Origin: a virus
Lineage: Duplodnaviria > Caudoviricetes
Strand: one strand, 5' to 3'
IMG/VR virus record: IMGVR_UViG_3300024520_000102
Coordinates: 1-52,331 of that record
DNA: 52,331 nucleotides
Part shown: piece after piece, positions 46,349-52,331 of the stretch
Numbering within the stretch: the first letter of the stretch is position 1
How the letters are laid out: every line of letters starts with the position of its first letter
Program-made: the position numbers and the translations under genes
The notes under the pieces: generated by a model
What the model was told of the DNA's origin: nothing
Seen by the model: the letters and a program-made list of their open reading frames with translations, nothing else
Database searches by the model: none

Positions 46349-46440
46349 CTTGCAGTATCCTCTGTAGCGGATCGTAGGGTAACACCAAAATTCGTGATCA
46401 TTGACGAAACGGGATGGCTCTTGCAGTATCCTCTGTAGCG
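46349..46440 (-). CRISPR. mini-CRISPR array: truncated repeat, 34-nt spacer, full 37-nt repeat
   Basis: CTTGCAGTATCCTCTGTAGCG at 46349 and 46420; minus-strand repeat GTGTTACCCTACGATCCGCTACAGAGGATACTGCAAG with hairpin and ACTGCAAG 3' tag; no cas genes. Confidence 0.75.
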
Positions 46441-46449
46441 AATAATCTA

Positions 46450-46749
46450 TTATACAGCAACTAGCCCACATTCGGCAATACCTACAACATAATCATGGTC
46501 TTTAACTTTAACAAAAACCTCTGCCACAGGCCGGATATTATTATAAAATTTCATATGCCTATCTGGCTTTATGCTAATATTGTTATCTTTCTGCTTCTGT
46601 AGCATTTCAATATAAATAGATATTGTGTTGCCTGGCAATTCATCCCTCATATCATTTTTAATATGAGAAAGCGCTTCATCAAAAGTATTGAAAAAATCCA
46701 AGCAAACTTCATTATTACATCTATCATATACTAAATAATTTTTTCTCAT
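46450..46749 (-). CDS. hypothetical protein ending in a copy of the portal C-terminus
   Basis: AT-rich 99 aa ORF; both end CGLVAV. Confidence 0.6.
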   Translation of the reverse strand: MRKNYLVYDRCNNEVCLDFFNTFDEALSHIKNDMRDELPGNTISIYIEMLQKQKDNNISIKPDRHMKFYNNIRPVAEVFVKVKDHDYVVGIAECGLVAV

Positions 46750-46758
46750 CCAATTCCC

Positions 46759-48702
46759 TTACACCGCAACTAGCCCACATCCACAATGGTAGCCTTTACA
46801 AGCTAACCCTCTACTTCTCGGCAATAGTCCACCATCCTGCCACTGTTGGCCCGTCTTCATCTGCCCGTTAAAGCCCAAACAAGTGGTACAGTTATCTTTT
46901 CCTACCGTTATGCGCCACTGCAAAAGGCCCAACGCTAAGTTATTAACAATCCCTAATTGATTAAACCATTCTATATTGTTGACATACTTTGGTATCTGGT
47001 TATTAAAAATACTGTTAATTGCCTTCCGTTGCTCTGCTCTTGCCAAGGCTAAAGCGGCAATAATCGAGGCTGTGATTGTGCCGTTCTCAATCATTGATTG
47101 AGTTTCAGCGTCAATAACGGCCTGTTGTTCAGCGGTTGGTGTTACGGTGTTACTACCCTCCTGAAAAGCTCTTAGGCCAAAGCCAGCGATTAACGCCCCT
47201 AACGCATCATTATAATCACTCTCGGTAATCTCACCGTCAACCAACTGCTCTGTAATCGTCTCAAGTTGGCTTTCAAACTGAGTGCCGGAAGTTGACTTTT
47301 TTACCTCTTCGTCTTCCTCATCATCTTCTGTTTCCTCATCCTCCGGTGGCTGTTGTTGTGCTATCTCCTCTGCTTTTGCTTGGCGCTCTTCTGTTCGTTG
47401 TTGCTCCTCTTCATACTGTTGGATGGTGATAATCTCATAATCAAAGGCTAGTTTCTGTTGTGCAACTTCTACCGACATCAGGCCCGAATTAACCGCCGTG
47501 CTTAAGTTACTAATCCTCATTCCCTCAATTTCGGCTTCTAATTTATCCTCTTGTGCATCAACAAAATCGTGAATGAAATAGCAGTTATCTGGAGCAAACC
47601 ACTTATTGAGATTGTACGTCATCATCCCCAAGAACCAAGCGGGTAACTTGCCCGATGACTTTTTGTCCTCTATTTCAGCCGTGGCCGCTGTTCTCCCAAC
47701 CGAACCAGAGCGCCAAAACTCGCTAATGTCCATATCAAACGCTAGTGCTAGAGCGTAGAAAACATCGTCTAATGTTCTAGCACGGTCATAGCCTTCGGGA
47801 AACTGATTTAACTCCATAGCTTGGGGCATTTTTGCATCAGGATCGTTAATCATAATCAACGGAGGGCGGGTATAATGCTTATGCCCTAATTCGTTTGAAC
47901 GTTGGTATTGCTCGTTCAAACTCTCACTCATCCCCTCCTTATGTTTCGGATGCCACCCTAGACCGACCCAAATCTGACGCATTGGCCTATCGCCATAACT
48001 CTCAAGTTCAATATTAACCGCCGCATTGCCTAGTTCTAGCATCTCCAAAGCTCTGGAAATGGGGCAAAAGCCAACGCCTAGCATTTTAGCCCGACTGCTT
48101 GGCGCATCACTAAAAAACATAGCTCTGGAGCGATGGATTTTAATAAACTTATCATCCTTTGGGCGTTGGTAGAGTAGCGGCCATGTGGCGTGCCCTGTTC
48201 TCTGAACCCGTAGGCTATCTAAGGCAGTTAGGCCCGTTGGATATGTATAAAAGCCCGTGCCGACTAGCTCAGTCGGTCTCAGGGCCGTGCTATATGCCCC
48301 TTTGCCGTCAATCAACATAAACCCGCCGTTGTCTGTGTTAAACACATCAGAAAGGAATTGCTCACCAACGTTAGGCCAGTTATCGTCTAGCACTTGCTGG
48401 CTAATTTTAGACTGTTGCACGTTAGCGTCATCATCAGGGTCTAACGGCACACTCTTAAATTTCATTGCCTTGACCTTTTTTACCATCGCTTGGGTTGCGG
48501 AGGCGGCGGCAAAATTGCCCTGTACAAAGTCAACTAGGGCCGCATCGCGGTACTTAGACCAGTAAGCTGGTAAAACGCCGCTAGTGGCGCTTGTGTGCTG
48601 TAGGTAGTCATTCAGGAAGGGTAGCGAGCCTACACTGATGCCGTTTCCATTTAACTCGTTTATGTCTCGTTTTTGCTGTGGTATATCGAATTCGTTATTC
48701 AT
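46759..48702 (-). CDS. portal protein fused to a MuF/gp7-like head morphogenesis domain
   Basis: DNGGFM, GVGFCPISRA, ALAFDMD portal-like region; acidic linker; C-terminal W...CTTC...G...CKGYHCGC. Confidence 0.78.
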   Translation of the reverse strand: MNNEFDIPQQKRDINELNGNGISVGSLPFLNDYLQHTSATSGVLPAYWSKYRDAALVDFVQGNFAAASATQAMVKKVKAMKFKSVPLDPDDDANVQQSKISQQVLDDNWPNVGEQFLSDVFNTDNGGFMLIDGKGAYSTALRPTELVGTGFYTYPTGLTALDSLRVQRTGHATWPLLYQRPKDDKFIKIHRSRAMFFSDAPSSRAKMLGVGFCPISRALEMLELGNAAVNIELESYGDRPMRQIWVGLGWHPKHKEGMSESLNEQYQRSNELGHKHYTRPPLIMINDPDAKMPQAMELNQFPEGYDRARTLDDVFYALALAFDMDISEFWRSGSVGRTAATAEIEDKKSSGKLPAWFLGMMTYNLNKWFAPDNCYFIHDFVDAQEDKLEAEIEGMRISNLSTAVNSGLMSVEVAQQKLAFDYEIITIQQYEEEQQRTEERQAKAEEIAQQQPPEDEETEDDEEDEEVKKSTSGTQFESQLETITEQLVDGEITESDYNDALGALIAGFGLRAFQEGSNTVTPTAEQQAVIDAETQSMIENGTITASIIAALALARAEQRKAINSIFNNQIPKYVNNIEWFNQLGIVNNLALGLLQWRITVGKDNCTTCLGFNGQMKTGQQWQDGGLLPRSRGLACKGYHCGCGLVAV

Positions 48703-48769
48703 TTGTTTTCTGCCCTGCTTATTTGATAATTATATCCATTTAAGTTTAGCATAAAAAAGGAGAGAAAAC

Positions 48770-48797
48770 AAAAAACCCCCTGAGTTGGGGGTTTTTT
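48770..48797. terminator. intrinsic terminator after the methyltransferase
   Basis: AAAAAACCCCC-TGAGTT-GGGGGTTTTTT. Confidence 0.8.
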
Positions 48798-48804
48798 ACA
48801 AAAC

Positions 48805-51075
48805 TTAAAACATTTGACGTTGACCTTCTTTAATATTTAATATTTTCATATTTTTAACTGCAAAATCGAAATACGATGGTTTTAATTCGCATCCAATCGC
48901 ATCACGCCCCATCCTTAATGCCTGATAAACTTCGCTTCCAATCCCCATAAACGGTGTGAATACTGTTTCATCCGGATTTGTCCATAAGCGAATACAACGC
49001 TCAATTGTGCCTAGCTGGAGAGGGCATACATGCCTCTCATCGTTAGCATGCCGTGCTTTTTGAAAGCCTTGTAATGTGTCACTTTCGAGAATGTTATACC
49101 ATGTGGCAGTCATTCCACTATCGGCGGCTCTGTCTTCCTCTCCATCTTCAAAAACACCGGGCCATATCGGATTAGCTAATTCGATCCATCCGTCTCCATC
49201 CATCCCACCCCTAACTGGTATCTGATTTTCTCCGTCCTTTCGGAACTTCAAAATATAATCAGGCAGAGCAGGGCGTAGCCATACTCGGTCTTTTTTCATT
49301 TGCGTCATAGTCAGAGCTTTTGAATGAGTGCGGATGCTTTGCGCCTGCTGGTTTTTATCTATCGGTATCCTGCCATCAAAAATCCAACCTTCGGCAATGT
49401 ATGCTCGTATAACATCACCGCTAAAATCTTTAAGACCAATATAGCCATCTTTCCCAAGCATTGCCGGAATATCCGCAACATGTACAGCCGTAACACGCCC
49501 CGGCTTTGTAATACGCAAAAGATCACGAATGATATATTTGTAATGGTTGAAAAATGTATCACTATCGGAACTATTACCTAAATCTCGCTCAGTCGGCGTG
49601 TATGTGTACAAATCTACAAAAGGAGGGGAGTATACACTCAAATCAATCGAGCAATCATCCATGCTATTCATGCGCTCACAACTATCACCTTTCATCAGTT
49701 TGTATGATTGTTCCTGAAAAGTTCCATTTACCGTATCGGTCTCGTATTCAAACTTAGATTGATGCCCACCTTTCAATGTATCGCTTTGAATTTCTTTAAT
49801 CAGTACATTCCCCATATCTAAAGCCCTCTCTCCTTTTTTGATAATGTTATCATATATCGCCTGCTCTATTTCGGTAAACACAATCCATACATTCACCTTT
49901 TCATCTTGCCCAAATCGCCACTGCCTACGAATTGATTGATAAAATATCTCCCAACTATCGGATATTCCGCAGAATATCATATTGTGGCAATGCTGAAAAT
50001 TCATACCAAAACCTGCTATTTTAGGCTTTGTGATTAAGTGTTTTTCGCCGTCTAGGAATTGCTGAAAACGTTCTAATTTTTGATTTGGTTTGTGTTTACC
50101 TGCAACCTGTACACTGTCAGGTAATTCGTTTCCCAATTTATCACATTCGGCATTGAACCATCCCCAAATCAAGAATTGTTCATCAGGATTTTTGGCTACA
50201 ATATCCAAAGTCGCATTAACTTTATCTGCCATTGTAACCTTGCGAACCTTAGCACGGTCACTAATACCCTTTAATCCCGTATTAAACATTTTACCATCAC
50301 TCATGTCATGCTTATGGTCAACGATGACGGGGATATAATTTATTTTTGGCAAAATGTAACCATCATCTGAATAGTCACCAATATCAGATGGTAACTTGAG
50401 CGTAATTGACCAACTGGAAACCCATCTATAAAATCCCTCTCTCCCATGTTTACGCAGTCGCCACCCCTTATCATCGTGAACAAAAAACTTAGCTAACATT
50501 TCCTCACGGCTCATAACCCCAAGAAATGCCGCATGGTTAGCCATTTCTGCCACGTCATTAGGTGCAGGCGTAGCAGTGAAGGCGAAACGATATGGTACGC
50601 ATGCCCAATCTTGAATGAGCTTAGTTTTAGTTTTACCTGCGATTGACTTGAGAATGGAACTCTCATCTAAGTACAAGCCCCCAAACGTTGACGGGTCAAA
50701 CTTATCTAGCCGTTCATAGTTTGTGATATAAATATCATCATGAAAGTTTATGTCTGAGTTGTTTTGAGCATATTTAATCTCAATACCGAACAACTCCTCA
50801 GCTTGTTTAATCGTCTGATGTGTTACGCCTAACGGCGCTACAATCAATTGAGGCTTAGTTGTAGCCTCCGCTATTACTCTTGCCAGTTCAATTTGCATGA
50901 TAGTTTTACCTAGCCCCGTATCGGCAAAAACAGCATAGCGGCCTTGCTCAAGAGCCAATTGTATAATTTTTGCTTGAAATGGAAACAATACTGAATGAGG
51001 TACATAATCAATATCCACAGATTGACCATTCCATACTACAGCCTTGGTATGTAAAAACTCTTTATAAGTACTCAT
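48805..51075 (-). CDS. SNF2-like helicase fused to an N4/N6 DNA methyltransferase (beta class)
   Basis: DTGLGKT, LDESSILK, TATPAPND, GFGMNFQ, IRRQWRFGQ; then SPPF, HVCPLQL, TPFMGIGSE, GCELK. Confidence 0.9.
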   Translation of the reverse strand: MSTYKEFLHTKAVVWNGQSVDIDYVPHSVLFPFQAKIIQLALEQGRYAVFADTGLGKTIMQIELARVIAEATTKPQLIVAPLGVTHQTIKQAEELFGIEIKYAQNNSDINFHDDIYITNYERLDKFDPSTFGGLYLDESSILKSIAGKTKTKLIQDWACVPYRFAFTATPAPNDVAEMANHAAFLGVMSREEMLAKFFVHDDKGWRLRKHGREGFYRWVSSWSITLKLPSDIGDYSDDGYILPKINYIPVIVDHKHDMSDGKMFNTGLKGISDRAKVRKVTMADKVNATLDIVAKNPDEQFLIWGWFNAECDKLGNELPDSVQVAGKHKPNQKLERFQQFLDGEKHLITKPKIAGFGMNFQHCHNMIFCGISDSWEIFYQSIRRQWRFGQDEKVNVWIVFTEIEQAIYDNIIKKGERALDMGNVLIKEIQSDTLKGGHQSKFEYETDTVNGTFQEQSYKLMKGDSCERMNSMDDCSIDLSVYSPPFVDLYTYTPTERDLGNSSDSDTFFNHYKYIIRDLLRITKPGRVTAVHVADIPAMLGKDGYIGLKDFSGDVIRAYIAEGWIFDGRIPIDKNQQAQSIRTHSKALTMTQMKKDRVWLRPALPDYILKFRKDGENQIPVRGGMDGDGWIELANPIWPGVFEDGEEDRAADSGMTATWYNILESDTLQGFQKARHANDERHVCPLQLGTIERCIRLWTNPDETVFTPFMGIGSEVYQALRMGRDAIGCELKPSYFDFAVKNMKILNIKEGQRQMF

Positions 51076-51118
51076 TAATTCTCCTATGGTGTTTATAAAT
51101 TTCGTAATTCCTTAGTTT

Positions 51119-51173
51119 ATCTTATCATGATTTAGAGCGTTTAACTTGACGGTAAACCTACGATTGAGTTACG
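51119..51173 (-). promoter_or_regulatory. phage repeat-promoter copy 12
   Basis: CGTAACTCAAT CGTAGGTTTAC CGTCAAG-N20-TAAGAT. Confidence 0.8.
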
Positions 51174-51176
51174 CTT

Positions 51177-51218
51177 ATAAACAAAAACCCGCTAAATGTT
51201 TAGCAGGTTTTTGTTTAT
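51177..51218. terminator. intrinsic terminator insulating the methyltransferase promoter
   Basis: ATAAACAAAAACCCGCTAAA...TTTAGCAGGTTTTTGTTTAT. Confidence 0.75.
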
Positions 51219-51244
51219 ACTAACTTTATCAAAGAATGGTTTCA

Positions 51245-51445
51245 TTATTCGTCATTCCAGCACTTGCAACCAGTAGAGCTATCCCAACATGAGTTACAAG
51301 TATCTAAGATTTCAAACAGAATATCAATTATCTGCTTATCTGTAAACTCTAACTTTTTCAACTTTTTAATGAAAAAAGTTGGCGGACAATCAAAATTCAA
51401 TCTAACAAACTCATCTAACGTATTTTTTTCTTTATAAGTACTCAT
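51245..51445 (-). CDS. small hypothetical protein sharing its start region with the methyltransferase
   Basis: start set at MSTYKE after AAGGAG; C-terminal CNSC...CKC. Confidence 0.6.
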   Translation of the reverse strand: MSTYKEKNTLDEFVRLNFDCPPTFFIKKLKKLEFTDKQIIDILFEILDTCNSCWDSSTGCKCWNDE

Positions 51446-51470
51446 CAATTCTCCTTTATGGTGTAATCCA

Positions 51471-52331
51471 TTATGCAATCGCCATGCCCCCTGTATCGCT
51501 CAAATCCGCCCCAAATACCGCCGCATCTAACCTATTTGGGCTTGGGTCGCCCGGCTTCCACGTGGTCATTTCCGCCTCTAACTCCGGCAAGTCGCCTACT
51601 ACGTGAGCCTCCCCGCTTGCAAATTTTACCGCCAACGGTTCAGCCCTAAGCCGTTTGCCTCTGGAGGATGTCACAACCCTGACAGGGATGTTCTTGCCTC
51701 CCTCAGTTTGAGCAATCGAGTACTTGACCATATCCCCGCCGTAGTTCTTCTCAGCGATAACCTCATCAGCTTGCCAGTCGTTGTAAGCCTTAATTACGGC
51801 CTGAAACCTAATGGCGACCTTACCCCGCAAAGTGTAATCGGCCAAAATGTAGGTGTGATAATCGGCGCATTGCCCGACGACTACAATCCCTTGAGAGTCA
51901 CCGTCTTCTGAACCGGACGGGTCAACGCCGATAACAATTGTTACCATCTCTGGCGCTCTTGCTATTCTGGTTTCGGCTATTAAGTCGTAAGACCAGAGCG
52001 CTCCCTCTGTGTCCACGTCCCATGACCCCTCACGCCACAGTTGCCCTAATCGGCCCTTGAGTGATTTGAGGTATCGTTCATACTCTTTATTGATGAACTT
52101 GTTATCGCCTAATTTGGTGTGGACGTATCGAGTTTGGGGACTTCGGGTCTTAGGGTCAACGAAATGGCTTTTATACCACAGATGCCCGATACCGCCCGGA
52201 TTTGAGGAGGCGTATAATCTCGGAACCCATCCCTTTTTTGCACTTCTCAACGAACCCCTGATCAAATCATAATGATTTTTAGCCGGTGAATTAGGTATTG
52301 TGGTGGTATCATCAATGGCAACTATATCATA
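51471..52331 (-). CDS. terL: terminase large subunit, 5'-truncated by the window edge
   Basis: frame open to the edge (YDIVAIDD); SSNPGGIGHLW; IVIGVDPS, AEKNYGG, SPNRLDA nuclease motifs. Confidence 0.92.
   Translation of the reverse strand, partial: YDIVAIDDTTTIPNSPAKNHYDLIRGSLRSAKKGWVPRLYASSNPGGIGHLWYKSHFVDPKTRSPQTRYVHTKLGDNKFINKEYERYLKSLKGRLGQLWREGSWDVDTEGALWSYDLIAETRIARAPEMVTIVIGVDPSGSEDGDSQGIVVVGQCADYHTYILADYTLRGKVAIRFQAVIKAYNDWQADEVIAEKNYGGDMVKYSIAQTEGGKNIPVRVVTSSRGKRLRAEPLAVKFASGEAHVVGDLPELEAEMTTWKPGDPSPNRLDAAVFGADLSDTGGMAIA

Noticed and set aside
25239-52272. Plus-strand ORFs overlapping structural genes (e.g. 25239..25973, 31377..31973, 44600..44971)
   Set aside because: Antisense shadows of well-supported minus-strand genes, without RBS or motifs
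52300-52331. Terminase Walker B reading DD instead of DE
   Set aside because: DD variants occur in functional terminases, and the gene is truncated by the window
1-52331. Alternative genetic code or prophage state
   Set aside because: Core genes are intact in the standard code; no integrase, att site or host genes seen

Overview
A near-complete tailed dsDNA phage genome (siphovirus-type, about 52 kb), cut inside the terminase large subunit at the right edge. The right part (19.9-52.3 kb, minus strand) is the morphogenesis module: TerL, SNF2-helicase/DNA-methyltransferase fusion, portal-MuF fusion, protease/scaffold, fibre, major capsid, neck, tail tube, chaperones, tape measure, Dit-like, Gp37-like hub and fibres. 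The left part holds replication and accessory genes: SF2 helicase, D5/P4-type SF3 helicase, RecT-like annealase, CHC2-Toprim primase, DUF1064 nuclease, dCTP deaminase, two stand-alone OmpR/PhoB-type winged-helix proteins and a membrane ATPase. I recognised no integrase, repressor or endolysin. A Chloroflexota host is my inference from the CRISPR-repeat family and virion protein types. Best candidate for an undescribed system: a 12-copy promoter element of tandem 11-bp units (CGTAGGGTAAW-like) ending in CGTCAAG exactly 20 nt before a TANNNT -10 box. It drives early genes and antisense cassettes embedded in the virion module, and the two orphan winged-helix proteins are candidate readers. Its 10-nt core also occurs in the repeat of a phage mini-CRISPR array (46349-46440). 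Other highlights: two aberrant tRNA-like RNAs in a structured RNA island, a kink-turn RNA, an apparently segment-swapped tail hub gene, a predicted +1 chaperone frameshift and four genes bracketed by duplicated junctions. All family assignments are by eye; no database searches were run.
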